Source of the DNA: an uncultured Woeseiaceae bacterium
GTDB lineage: Bacteria; Acidobacteriota; Vicinamibacteria; Vicinamibacterales; UBA823
Assembly (NCBI GenBank): GCA_964569695.1
Contig: CAZMUA010000013.1
Span: 20,876 to 84,875 of the forward strand
Length of the DNA stretch: 64,000 nt
Reading direction: 5' to 3'
Shown: positions 21,127 to 31,093 of the stretch, in pieces
How positions within the stretch are numbered: position 1 is the first letter of the stretch
Layout: each line of letters starts with the position of its first letter
The notes under the pieces: model-generated
What the model was told of the DNA's origin: nothing
What the model saw: only the letters and a program-made list of their open reading frames with translations
Database searches by the model: none
Made by a program: the position numbers and the translations under genes

Positions 21127-22284
21127 CTAAGAAGAAGTCGCAACATTAGCGTTCTTATCAGATGCGATGGCCAGCACTAACTCGGCAGCACGTTGACTAG
21201 CTCCACCAGAGCCGAGCTGGGTATTTACATGCTGAAGCGCACTACAAATAAGTTGATTACGAGCAGGATCCGTCAACATGCTTACTGCTTCGTCAGCGAC
21301 TGCCTCTGGTGTCAGTTGTTCTTGAATCAGTTCTGGCACAATGGACTTCCCAGCCACTAGATTAACCATTCCGTAGTGGTCCACATGCACAAAACGTTTA
21401 CCTAGCCAGTAAGTCAATGGTGACACCCGATAAACAATTATCATCGGTCGTCCATGAATCGCTGCTTGGATTGTCGCCGTACCAGAAGCAGTCACCACAA
21501 CATTCGACGCAGCAAGAATGTCGTCAGTCCGACCTTCAATGAATTTCAAAGGGCACGTAGCAGCTTCATGGGAATCAAACAACGAGGAGTCCAAGTTCGG
21601 CGCACGCGCTACCAACGCTTGTAAGCTCGGGACTTGTTCTGCAATGAGTGAAGTAGCTTTCAAGATGACTGGTAAAATCTCGGCCACTTCATTCGAGCGA
21701 CTTCCTGGCAACAATGCCAGTGTGGGGGCTAGTGGATCTAGACCGTGCTCTGTCAAAAATTCTTGCCGCGATTGCCTGGCGTGAGCAAGCTCGACGAGCG
21801 GATGACCGACGTAAGTTACCGGTATGTCTGCTTCCCGATATAACGCTTCCTCAAACGGAAAAATCACTAACATATGATCTACAAGGTTTTGCAGTGTTTT
21901 GATGCGTCCAGGACGCCACGCCCAAATCTGTGGACTAATGTAGTAAACGACTGGAATATTAAGACGACGAAGGGCTTTCGCTAATCGAAAATTAAAGTCC
22001 GGAAAATCAATCGCCACGAACACATCTGGCCTCTTCTCTCGTGCAGCTCTAACCAAACGTTGGTACATCGCGAAAGACCGTGGTAAAACAGAGACGGCCT
22101 CAGCTAATCCAGTGACTGCTAATCCTTGGTACTCCCCAAGTAGGTGGCCAGCAGCGCCTCTGAGATGTTCCCCACCCAGACCAAATATCTCCACATCTGG
22201 GGAGAGTCGAGTCAATGCACGGGCGAGTGCGCCAGCATACAGATCGCCAGACGCCTCGCCGCAGGAAATCATTACTTGACGCAT
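21127..22284 (-). CDS. lpxB: Lipid-A-disaccharide synthase
   Basis: GEASGDLY, IDFPDFN, YISPQIWAWR, VGHPL, LPGSR, SGTAT. Confidence 0.96.
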   Translation of the reverse strand: MRQVMISCGEASGDLYAGALARALTRLSPDVEIFGLGGEHLRGAAGHLLGEYQGLAVTGLAEAVSVLPRSFAMYQRLVRAAREKRPDVFVAIDFPDFNFRLAKALRRLNIPVVYYISPQIWAWRPGRIKTLQNLVDHMLVIFPFEEALYREADIPVTYVGHPLVELAHARQSRQEFLTEHGLDPLAPTLALLPGSRSNEVAEILPVILKATSLIAEQVPSLQALVARAPNLDSSLFDSHEAATCPLKFIEGRTDDILAASNVVVTASGTATIQAAIHGRPMIIVYRVSPLTYWLGKRFVHVDHYGMVNLVAGKSIVPELIQEQLTPEAVADEAVSMLTDPARNQLICSALQHVNTQLGSGGASQRAAELVLAIASDKNANVATSS

Positions 22285-22348
22285 TTATTTTCTTAATCAG
22301 TGATAGGTAACAAACTCCGTGAACGCAAGTATCGAACCAGAGAAACTA

Positions 22349-24547
22349 TTAACGCTGTTCAGCAGGTTTCGCAAACAATTCTTGAGACAGCGTCTCGTTG
22401 AAAGTTAATTTGGTCAACTGCCGTTCCAGCACTGAGAATCCATTGCGCCTGACGATAGAGCGAAAAGCCACAAGAACGCCATCAACATCCCGGTAATCCG
22501 AGTAGAGTTCTTCAGTTTCCTGCATGCCGTCTTCACCTTCTGTCCGGTACGTTTGTCGAACAACCAGGCCAGTCTTAGGATCGAGATAGATGTTAACTGG
22601 AGCAATATCCTCTGAAGAAATTTCAACTGCGAGAGGTTCAGGCGAGTCGCTATTTACATTGGTAGTTGGGCGAATATCGAGTTCACCAGATGCAGCACGT
22701 AACAACAGGGGAATCAGGTCACGTTGCACGCTGGCCTGAAAATCGTTGCGAAGCGATTGGGAAGCTTCGCGCACGCCTTCGACGCTCTGGAGCCAAGCAT
22801 CGCCAGAGTTATACGCCTGAACAACTTGACCGGTAGGCAAATCGGTCTCCACGCGAAATTGTGCTGGATATGCGAGGTACATAACCGTTCCAGCGTCAAC
22901 TGTACCGGTGGAGGTAAACATAGTCATATTACCGAATGCTGTCACAGTTTGTACAGACTTGAGCCGATCGATACCACCTTTAGCTTTAATTGCTCGCTCT
23001 ACAATCGAAAGTGCGTATTCCTGTTGACCACCTGTAAACTCTAGGACATCACTCGTTTGTTCAATCGAATCATTACCTAGCAACGAAGCAGCTGTCAGGT
23101 CGAGTTCACTAAGTGCAATCCTTTCGAAGTCCTGTAATCCAATATTTGGTAAATCGTCCACAAACGAATCAGCATCTCCAACTAATACCATTGAGAGTTG
23201 ATCAGGCATTAAGTAATCACGCGCCACCCGCTGAATATCATCGACTGTAACAAGATTCACTCGCTCTTGATATGTACTAAGCTCACTCAGATCTAACTTG
23301 TAGAACAGGTTGTCAAGCACTCGCATTGCAATCGCATTCGGCGTTTCGATTTGGAGAGGAAAACTTCCAGAGAGATAGTTTTGGGCTTCTCCCAATTCTC
23401 GAGGATCTACTCGCTGTTGCTGTAATCGCCAAAATTCCTCAATAATCAATCTCAAAACTTCCACTGTGGTTTCTGATCGCGTATTTGTTTCTGCTTGGAA
23501 ATCACCACCGTACCGCCATGCGTGCATGTTGGCTTCCGCACCATAGGTCAAGCTGCGTTCGGATCGGAGGATACGGTGCAATCGATTGCTACCTTCCCCG
23601 CCAAGGATTCGAGTGGCCAAATCGAGTGCAATGTAATCACTATTCTGCCGAGGCACTCCCAAGTGACCGACGCGAATCTCCGTCTGAACAGCACCAGGGC
23701 GATCAACGACGATAAGGCGTTTTTTCGGCAACACGGAATCTGGCAAAATTAATTCGGGAGTCGCCTTACTCTCCCAGTCACCAAACACACGCGCTGCGCC
23801 GTCAAACGCCTCGTCCGCAGTTAGATCGCCCACTATGGCTAGCAGACTCGTGTTAGGCGCGTAATAAGTTTCGTGAAACGCCAGAAGATCATCACGGCTG
23901 ATGATTCCGAGAGACTCGGGTGAGCCGGACGATAGTTGTCCATAAGGATGTAAACCATAAACCAAGCGGGCAAACACTGTACTGGCAATATGACTCGGAT
24001 CATCAAGAGCCACCTGCAAACCTGAGAGGATTCGTTGTCTCTGACGGCTAATTTCTTCAGGTGAAAAAGCTGGGTTCCTAGCAATGTCCGCGAGTAAATT
24101 TAGCGCCAACTCAAAACTGTCCTTCATCACCACGACGTTAACAAAACTGAGATCGGCTCCAGCGCCAACACCGATCGCACCTCCAACGGTGTCAATCGTT
24201 TCGGCAATCTCCTTTGCGCTACGAGTCGTCGTGCCTTGATCTAAAAGAGTTGCGAGAAGTTCAGCCAGTCCTGGCTTTTCAACTGAATCATGCGCACTCC
24301 CAGCACCAATAAGTAAGCGCATACTTATAATCGGTTGTTCGTGCTGCAGGACTGCGATGACTTGTAAACCGTTTTCGAGGGTTCGCACCTCGTAGGTCGG
24401 AAACTGCAATTCTTTCCTGGTCAAAGGCGCTGGTGGTTTTTGAATCGGCCAGTCGGTCGTTGCCGTTTGCGCACGAACTAAATCGGCCGTGGGTAATCCC
24501 GCCACGATAGTGAGGAGAACGACACTTAGTCGGCAAGCAATTCTCAT
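22349..24547 (-). CDS. M16B peptidase non-catalytic subunit with an extra ~240-aa C-terminal beta-rich domain
   Basis: Signal peptide; LENGL; ELLATLL in place of HxxEH; SNRLHRILRSERSLTYG (R/Y motif); extension begins near AIKAKGGIDRLKSVQT. Confidence 0.85.
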   Translation of the reverse strand: MRIACRLSVVLLTIVAGLPTADLVRAQTATTDWPIQKPPAPLTRKELQFPTYEVRTLENGLQVIAVLQHEQPIISMRLLIGAGSAHDSVEKPGLAELLATLLDQGTTTRSAKEIAETIDTVGGAIGVGAGADLSFVNVVVMKDSFELALNLLADIARNPAFSPEEISRQRQRILSGLQVALDDPSHIASTVFARLVYGLHPYGQLSSGSPESLGIISRDDLLAFHETYYAPNTSLLAIVGDLTADEAFDGAARVFGDWESKATPELILPDSVLPKKRLIVVDRPGAVQTEIRVGHLGVPRQNSDYIALDLATRILGGEGSNRLHRILRSERSLTYGAEANMHAWRYGGDFQAETNTRSETTVEVLRLIIEEFWRLQQQRVDPRELGEAQNYLSGSFPLQIETPNAIAMRVLDNLFYKLDLSELSTYQERVNLVTVDDIQRVARDYLMPDQLSMVLVGDADSFVDDLPNIGLQDFERIALSELDLTAASLLGNDSIEQTSDVLEFTGGQQEYALSIVERAIKAKGGIDRLKSVQTVTAFGNMTMFTSTGTVDAGTVMYLAYPAQFRVETDLPTGQVVQAYNSGDAWLQSVEGVREASQSLRNDFQASVQRDLIPLLLRAASGELDIRPTTNVNSDSPEPLAVEISSEDIAPVNIYLDPKTGLVVRQTYRTEGEDGMQETEELYSDYRDVDGVLVAFRSIVRRNGFSVLERQLTKLTFNETLSQELFAKPAEQR

Positions 24548-25899
24548 GGCGACTGTTCTATTTCCTTCTCCTTTGGCGCAATGTTCAGAATCAAGCGATT
24601 CTCTGGTGTGAAATAGGTCCGTGCGACACGCTGAAGATCTTGAATGGTGATCTGCATAAAGATCTCAAACTCCCCATCAGCAGTCGTCAAGTCTTCATGA
24701 ATGACTGCAGCATGTGCCAAATGACTTGCTTTTTGTTGATTCGACGTACGGCCGATGATGTAATCACGAGCAAATTGGTTCTTGGCGCGTTGTAGTTCTC
24801 GTGGTTCCACTAACTCATCTTGAAGAAGTTCCAGCTCATCGACTAGTGCCTGTTCGGCTTCAATCGGATTCCGACCAGGCTGTACAATAGCGACAGCATA
24901 AAACAAGTTCGGATCCTCAATGATATCGCCCTGTCCGAAGGCGGTCAGGGCAAGCTGTTCCTCGTAGACCAGTCGTCGATAAATACGCGAACTTTGGCCA
25001 TCAGATAAAATCTTGCTCGCCACATGTAGTGGATATGAATCTGGGTGACCATCATGTGGAATCCGATGAGCGACCACCACGACTGGCAAAGGCCAGTCCT
25101 CTTCAATGGTCAGGCGTCGCTCGCCCTGCCATGGTGGCTCCTCTGGAATATTCACAGCTATCTCATGTTCAGCTGCTGGCACCGGCCCAAAATACTTGGT
25201 TACAAGTTCTAGCGCTTGGGCAGACTCAAAATCTCCAACTAACACTAATGTCGCGTTATTTGGAACGTAAAAAGTCTTGAAAAACTGTTGCACGTCGGCG
25301 ACGGACGCATTCTCAAGATCAGCCATATATCCAATCGTTGGGTGTTTGTAGGGATGTACTTGATAGGCATTGTCGTAGATAATTTCCGATAAGCGTCCAA
25401 ATGGCTGATTCTCAATCCGCATTCGTCGCTCTTCCTTCACAACTTCGCGTTCACTGTTGAGTGTAGCCTCTTCGATCCGGAGCGACGCCATACGATCTGC
25501 TTCGATCCACAACACAGTCGGAAGATAGTGAGCGGGAACAGTCTCCCAAAAAACCGTGACATCCTCAGTGGTGTAGGCATTAACCATCCCACCAACACTC
25601 GTAACCATTGAAACATGTTGTTCACGCAAAAGATTTTTAGAACCCTGAAACATCAAGTGTTCGAACAGATGTGCAAATCCAGTTAAGCCAGGTTTCTCAT
25701 TTTTTGAGCCGACGTGATACCACAGCTCTAAGTGAACAATCGGAGTTGAATGGTCTTCTGACAGAATGACGGTTAATCCATTCGGAAGTGTTGTGAATTG
25801 GTATTCCAACTTCGGCGGACGATTCGATGCATCGACGTTGCTTCCGCCAAGAGAGAACAGAAGCACTAGAACGAGCGTTAGTAAGCGAGGGTGTAGCAT
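24544..25899 (-). CDS. M16B zinc peptidase catalytic subunit (exported)
   Basis: Signal peptide; GFAHLFEHLMF (HxxEH); NAYT; EREVVKEERR; HPY; overlaps the next gene (ATGA). Confidence 0.94.
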   Translation of the reverse strand: MLHPRLLTLVLVLLFSLGGSNVDASNRPPKLEYQFTTLPNGLTVILSEDHSTPIVHLELWYHVGSKNEKPGLTGFAHLFEHLMFQGSKNLLREQHVSMVTSVGGMVNAYTTEDVTVFWETVPAHYLPTVLWIEADRMASLRIEEATLNSEREVVKEERRMRIENQPFGRLSEIIYDNAYQVHPYKHPTIGYMADLENASVADVQQFFKTFYVPNNATLVLVGDFESAQALELVTKYFGPVPAAEHEIAVNIPEEPPWQGERRLTIEEDWPLPVVVVAHRIPHDGHPDSYPLHVASKILSDGQSSRIYRRLVYEEQLALTAFGQGDIIEDPNLFYAVAIVQPGRNPIEAEQALVDELELLQDELVEPRELQRAKNQFARDYIIGRTSNQQKASHLAHAAVIHEDLTTADGEFEIFMQITIQDLQRVARTYFTPENRLILNIAPKEKEIEQSP

Positions 25900-25955
25900 A
25901 AATGTTAGGTTCGATTATGACACACGAGATCCGCTGTAATGACCAAACTCGTGGA

Positions 25956-26876
25956 TTAGTCCAGGGAAAGCAAACGGAACCCAAAGAGGACCCAAGTTCG
26001 GGTTTCCCTGAGAATAGCATCAGCATCTATGCGCCGTTCGAGAGCAGTAAATAATTCGAGCGCCAGGCCATCGCCCGTAAACCGTACACCGCTCTCAAGT
26101 CGACCACCGAACAGTCTCTGGCGTCCAAATATCTTGCCATCAACCCCCAGGCTGACCACCTCACCATTTACAAGTAATGCTGTGCCGTCCGTGAGTTGGA
26201 CTCTGACACGGCCATGGCCACCGAACTCATTCTCATAATCTACGAAGGAACGTTGCACGGTAACAAAACCTCTGGCACCGAAGTCTGTTCTCACTCGTCC
26301 TACATCTTGACGGTGTAGAAACTGTAAACCGATCATATTCCAGTCGATAGGCCGTAACTTTGGTCGATCGCTGAAGTGACGCGAAACGTGGTGAAAGGTT
26401 GCAGCAACCTCACTCGCACCCAATCGTATTGACGCAAATCCATCTAATGTGTAGTTGTTCTGGTTAGGATCAAAAGCTCGAAATTCCTCACCAAGAATCG
26501 TTTCGATGTTCGCCAAAAAGTTCAGACGACCTCGACCATAGTCAATAAGATCAACATCACCCCCGATATCAGCATCCCATCGGAAGGCTTGATCTCCACC
26601 AGCGATCTTTGCAGCATTCATGTGAAAACGAAATTGTTCGAAAAACTTCGTCTGGTTTTCAACCACTGCCGCATCATCGGAAACCTGAACCTGTGCCCGA
26701 GCCTGTAACGGTAAGCATAGGAACACGGCCGATGCAGCCGTCACCACCCTTAGAACTGAGCCTGCCTTGATGAAATACATCAATGGACTATCTTTGGAAG
26801 AAACTGATATGACCAACGCGCGAAGTATAACACGCGCTACGCAAGGTTCAGGATGAACGAACCGCTGTCCGTTCAA
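25956..26876 (-). CDS. Hypothetical exported, probable outer-membrane beta-barrel protein
   Basis: Signal peptide (LQARA-Q) if started at the internal MYFIK; beta-strand periodicity; FHHVSRH motif; ends WVLFGFRLLSLD; start uncertain. Confidence 0.55.
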   Translation of the reverse strand: MNGQRFVHPEPCVARVILRALVISVSSKDSPLMYFIKAGSVLRVVTAASAVFLCLPLQARAQVQVSDDAAVVENQTKFFEQFRFHMNAAKIAGGDQAFRWDADIGGDVDLIDYGRGRLNFLANIETILGEEFRAFDPNQNNYTLDGFASIRLGASEVAATFHHVSRHFSDRPKLRPIDWNMIGLQFLHRQDVGRVRTDFGARGFVTVQRSFVDYENEFGGHGRVRVQLTDGTALLVNGEVVSLGVDGKIFGRQRLFGGRLESGVRFTGDGLALELFTALERRIDADAILRETRTWVLFGFRLLSLD

Positions 26877-27552
26877 AGAATGCTGGTAGGCGCTTCAATC
26901 CCAACTGAACAGCGATTTCGCGAATGACTTCTCGTCGATGGTTAGAGTCGATTTTTAGTGCATGACGAAGATTTACCAACGGCTGCGACGCCTCGAGTCG
27001 CCAGTTAATATAGAAGAGTCCTTTCCTCGCTCCGCTAATCGAAAGGCAATGCCCTATCACGCGGAAGCTAAAGTAGTAGGCGATAATATTTGGACCAGGA
27101 ATAATGCTGAATAAGCCAGCAGTCCCCAATGCCAGTACGTCGATAACAAGCCAGCGAAAATGACGCGAAACATCATGCTGGAGTAAATCTCGCATGGTTT
27201 CGAGTGCAGTTTGGGCTTCAAGATCTTTTGGATAAACCAGCATTACTTCCGTCTGACGTCGCAAGTTCCAGAGAAGTCGTTGTTCAGCAATTGATGCAGC
27301 AATCCACCGAACTAAATGACTGCGAAGATTTCGAATCCATCGACTGAAACCCGTGAGAGGCACAGAAGGCTCGACGATCTCGGCCTCGGGTTGATCTGGT
27401 TCAGCCGCTCGAACCATTTCAAGGAAATCTCTCCGCCATCGAGCAAACACTGAACGAGACGCATCGGTATCAACTAGATTCGCAGGCTCTTTCATTTCAC
27501 AATACAGATCGTAACGATTGTCCCGAAGGGGTAATAGGTATACATGCATCAT
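26848..27552 (-). CDS. Membrane protein resembling the mitochondrial K+/H+ exchange-related family (Mit_KHE1)
   Basis: HFRWL...IIPGPNIIAYYFSFRVIGH..S..GA resembles the recalled Mit_KHE1 motif (P-x-PN-x-P-F-F-Y-x-x-x-R-x-x-SH-x-x-A-x-x-G). Confidence 0.55.
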   Translation of the reverse strand: MMHVYLLPLRDNRYDLYCEMKEPANLVDTDASRSVFARWRRDFLEMVRAAEPDQPEAEIVEPSVPLTGFSRWIRNLRSHLVRWIAASIAEQRLLWNLRRQTEVMLVYPKDLEAQTALETMRDLLQHDVSRHFRWLVIDVLALGTAGLFSIIPGPNIIAYYFSFRVIGHCLSISGARKGLFYINWRLEASQPLVNLRHALKIDSNHRREVIREIAVQLGLKRLPAFFERTAVRSS

Positions 27553-27659
27553 TAGTCAGTGTGCTCGCCAATGCTCAACCACGACCCTAGAAGCAACAGA
27601 AGCAGGCCACACGGCAGTATACTATCTGCTGCGGAACCCCCTGTGACCGCAACCTACTT

Positions 27660-28556
27660 ATGACCAATAGGCTCATACCTCGTCTCGGCGCGCATATGTC
27701 GATTGCGGGAGGTTTGCCGCTGGCAATCGATCGCGCTCATGCGGCAGACTGCGAAACGCTGCAAATTTTCACTAAGTCGGCTCGACAATGGCGACCAAAT
27801 GCCTTACCAGAAAAAGAAATTACAGCCTTCAAAAGACGTGCCAAGGACCTCAACATCTGGCCTATCGTCGCGCATGCGAGTTACTTGATTAATATTGCTT
27901 CCCCTGATCCAGAACTGAGGCAACGCTCCCTACAGGCATTAAAAGTAGAAATGGAACGTGTTGAAGCACTCGGATTGTTGGGTCTAGTTCTACACCCTGG
28001 TTCGTTTACAACCGGGACGGAAGCTGGCGGACTCAAACTTGTTAGTGAAGCAATTACAGAACTCATGGCTGAGCGACCTACCGGCAAAGCCATGCTGCTA
28101 CTTGAACATACAGCTGGACAGGGTACTAACCTTGGTCACCGCTTCGAGCATCTGTCGACGATCATTGAGGGTTCGAAGGAATCGGCACGGCTTGGCGTGT
28201 GCCTCGACACATGCCACCTGCTGGCCGCTGGCTATGACATCTCGACGGAGGAAGGTTACGATTCGACCTTTAAACAGTTCGAGAACACGATTGGTTGGTC
28301 ACGCCTTAAAGTACTTCACATGAATGATTCGAAACATCCGGCTGGTAGTCGACGAGATCGACATGACCATATTGGTGAGGGTTTTGTTGGCCTTGAAGCG
28401 TTTGGCCGGTTATTGCGTGATCCTCGTTTAGACGGCCTCCCAATGATCCTTGAAACGCCAAAGTCTACCGAAAAATCAACTAATCCAAGCACCGTGGATT
28501 CTGACGACAAACGAAATTTGCAGGCACTTAGGAAATTATTAAATGAGGACTCCTAG
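27660..28556 (+). CDS. nfo: Endonuclease IV
   Basis: GAHMSIAGG, HASYLIN, HPG, EHTAGQG, DTCH, HMNDSK, DRHDHIG, ETPK. Confidence 0.96.
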   Translation: MTNRLIPRLGAHMSIAGGLPLAIDRAHAADCETLQIFTKSARQWRPNALPEKEITAFKRRAKDLNIWPIVAHASYLINIASPDPELRQRSLQALKVEMERVEALGLLGLVLHPGSFTTGTEAGGLKLVSEAITELMAERPTGKAMLLLEHTAGQGTNLGHRFEHLSTIIEGSKESARLGVCLDTCHLLAAGYDISTEEGYDSTFKQFENTIGWSRLKVLHMNDSKHPAGSRRDRHDHIGEGFVGLEAFGRLLRDPRLDGLPMILETPKSTEKSTNPSTVDSDDKRNLQALRKLLNEDS

Positions 28557-28634
28557 TTTTTAAGCGACAACATACCAACCAAAATAACTGGAAATTATCT
28601 TGCGAATTTTAAAGATCACACACTAGCATCAGCA

Positions 28635-28934
28635 ATGCCTTCTATTCTGACTAAAGAAGACGTAGACCAGGTCGCCGAACTGGCCCGTTTGGAGTTAACC
28701 GAATCCGAACGCGAAATGTTCATTCGTCAACTCACTGACATTCTTGTTTATGCACAGCAAGTCCGTGAACTTGATACCACTGGCGTGGTGCCAACTACTC
28801 ACGTACTTACGAATCAAGGAACCCTCCGATCAGACAAGACACAACCTTCATTATCCAGAAAGGATGCATTGGCTAATGCTCCTGATCCGGATACTGAAAA
28901 AGGATTTTTTAGAGTACCGAAGGTGATTGAATGA
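28635..28934 (+). CDS. gatC: Asp/Glu-tRNA amidotransferase subunit C
   Basis: VAELARL...LANAP...FFRVPKVIE; overlaps gatA. Confidence 0.95.
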   Translation: MPSILTKEDVDQVAELARLELTESEREMFIRQLTDILVYAQQVRELDTTGVVPTTHVLTNQGTLRSDKTQPSLSRKDALANAPDPDTEKGFFRVPKVIE

Positions 28935-30397
28935 CGGGACTGCCGCAAGGTGTCTGCAACATTCGTGATGCAGTGGCGACCGGCGAGGCATCAGCAGTTG
29001 AGATATGTCAAGCCTACCTGAACCGCATAGACACCGTTGACAAATCCCTTAACGCCTTTAATCAAATCGAGTATGACACAGCGCTCGAACGGGCGGCTGC
29101 AATCGACCGCGAGCGTGTACCGGACGACAGTCGTCTCCTGCTTGGTGTGCCAATAGCAATTAAAGACAATATTTGCACACGTGGTATCCGTACGACTGGT
29201 TCATCCAAGATCCTTGAATCGTGGGTGCCTCCATATGACGCGACAGTTATCGAACGGCTTCAAACTGCCGGGGCCATTGTCATCGGCAAAACGAATTGTG
29301 ACGAGTTCGCGATGGGCTCCTCGAACGAGAATTCCGCATTCGGCCCAGTGCGAAATCCATGGAATCTCGAACGAGCGCCTGGAGGATCGAGTGGTGGATC
29401 AGCTGTCGCTGTAGCAACTGAAATGGCCCCGGCAGCACTGGGTTCAGATACAGGCGGTTCGGTACGACAACCAGCTGCTCTCTGTGGAGTCTTGGGCCTT
29501 AAACCTACGTACGGCCGGGTTTCACGTTATGGCCTACTTGCCTTCGCTTCATCGCTCGACCAAATTGGCCCTCTTACCCGAACGGTGACTGACGCGGCTC
29601 AAATACTGGCTGTAATCGCTGGACCAGATCCAAACGATTCCACCACCAGTGACGAACCAATTCCTAACTACCTCAAGAGCCTCACAGATAAACTCGACGA
29701 CCTTCGAATTGGCGTGCCAAGAAATATCCTCACAGAAGGCGTAGACGATGAGGTGCTACAAGCATTTGACAAAGCCCTCGAAACTTTAAGTTCGTTGGGA
29801 GTAAAAATTCGTGAAATCGAGCTTCCGCACGCACAGTATGCGATTCCCACGTACTATCTGATTGCGACCGCGGAAGCTAGCTCCAACTTGGCACGTTACG
29901 ATGGTGTTCGTTATACAAGTAGAGTTGACCTTGATCCCAAGGAAGCCTCCCTATCGCTGATGTACGAGAAAACCCGTGCGCAAGGATTTGGTGCCGAAGT
30001 CAAACGTCGGATCATGCTTGGCACCTACGCGTTGAGTGCGGGTTATTATGATGCCTACTACCTCAAAGCCCAGCAAGTCCGTACTCTCATTAAGAGTGAC
30101 TACGATACGGCGTTCAAAGAAGTCGACAGTGTTTTGATGCCGACTAGCCCAACACCTGCGTTTCCACTCGGGAAACGTGCTCATGATCCACTAGAGATGT
30201 ACCTTGCTGATGTCTTCACGGTGAGCGCGAATTTGGCTGGACTACCCGCTATTAGCGTACCGTGTGGCTTCACCTCGGACCGCCTGCCAATCGGATTACA
30301 GTGTATTGGACGACCCTTTGACGAAGAATCGTTATTACGATTAGCTCATGGGTACGAACAAGCGACTACATGGTGGACTGAAGCACCGCCCATCTGA
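28931..30397 (+). CDS. gatA: Asp/Glu-tRNA amidotransferase subunit A
   Basis: IAIKDN, GGSSGGS, GSDTGGSVRQPA, SSNLARYDG, EVKRRIMLG. Confidence 0.97.
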   Translation: MTGLPQGVCNIRDAVATGEASAVEICQAYLNRIDTVDKSLNAFNQIEYDTALERAAAIDRERVPDDSRLLLGVPIAIKDNICTRGIRTTGSSKILESWVPPYDATVIERLQTAGAIVIGKTNCDEFAMGSSNENSAFGPVRNPWNLERAPGGSSGGSAVAVATEMAPAALGSDTGGSVRQPAALCGVLGLKPTYGRVSRYGLLAFASSLDQIGPLTRTVTDAAQILAVIAGPDPNDSTTSDEPIPNYLKSLTDKLDDLRIGVPRNILTEGVDDEVLQAFDKALETLSSLGVKIREIELPHAQYAIPTYYLIATAEASSNLARYDGVRYTSRVDLDPKEASLSLMYEKTRAQGFGAEVKRRIMLGTYALSAGYYDAYYLKAQQVRTLIKSDYDTAFKEVDSVLMPTSPTPAFPLGKRAHDPLEMYLADVFTVSANLAGLPAISVPCGFTSDRLPIGLQCIGRPFDEESLLRLAHGYEQATTWWTEAPPI

Positions 30398-30431
30398 GAT
30401 ATGAGCGGGTTCCCCATTTTTTCTAGTTCAC

Positions 30432-30698
30432 TTATTGCTTGCGACTTGCTTGTTCAAGAAGTTCGGGGCTGGCAAGTTGGTCGACAGGGCCTCGTGGAGT
30501 TGTTGGAGGAAAATAGTTAACTTGACCATCTAAGTCATCAAGATTCCTAACCACAAGTGTCTTACGACCGGTGGATCTCAACTTTGGAATTCCAATCAAC
30601 ACAGTGAAACCAATAAAGAGCAACAGTAAAAATACGGTTGATGCACCCAAGCCCGTAAGTGCGCCAATAGCAATTTCAATAATTTCTGGTACCGTCAC
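30432..30698 (-). CDS. Small single-pass membrane protein of unknown function
   Basis: N-terminal hydrophobic helix; GTG start overlaps the rpoZ TGA with a GGAG/AAGGA-like SD upstream. Confidence 0.6.
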   Translation of the reverse strand: MTVPEIIEIAIGALTGLGASTVFLLLLFIGFTVLIGIPKLRSTGRKTLVVRNLDDLDGQVNYFPPTTPRGPVDQLASPELLEQASRKQ

Positions 30699-31000
30699 TT
30701 CGTTTCCTTCGGTCCACTCGCGTCAGGCAGTTCGTATTCGATCAAACCTTCCTTAACCTCGTCCATCGCAACACGTTCAAGCTTAGGAGGCATATCAGGA
30801 CGAACGCCGGTATCCGGATGGGCTTGCAAATGGGACAGCCGCGGTAAGGAACCACGCCTTAGTTGCTTGGCTCGCTGAGCCGCAATATCAACATACAAAA
30901 AACGACTTTGAATTTCAGGAGCCTCTTGCTGCGTTGACTCGTCTGCTGAAGCCTCTTCAGGCTGGTCTGGGGTGTCAAGCGGTGTTGTAGATTCATTCAT
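30695..31000 (-). CDS. rpoZ: RNA polymerase omega subunit
   Basis: SRFLYVDIAAQRAKQLRRG...K...AMDEV..G.I matches the omega signature. Confidence 0.85.
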   Translation of the reverse strand: MNESTTPLDTPDQPEEASADESTQQEAPEIQSRFLYVDIAAQRAKQLRRGSLPRLSHLQAHPDTGVRPDMPPKLERVAMDEVKEGLIEYELPDASGPKETK

Positions 31001-31093
31001 AACCTATCAGGTTACCCCAAAACCAACCTCAAGTGCCACATAAGTACTAAGGCTGGTAAACACGCCACTGCCCTGCAATCTATTTAATCGCTC

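Noticed and set aside
28635-30397. gatCA without gatB
   Set aside because: Split gat loci are common and gatB is probably elsewhere.
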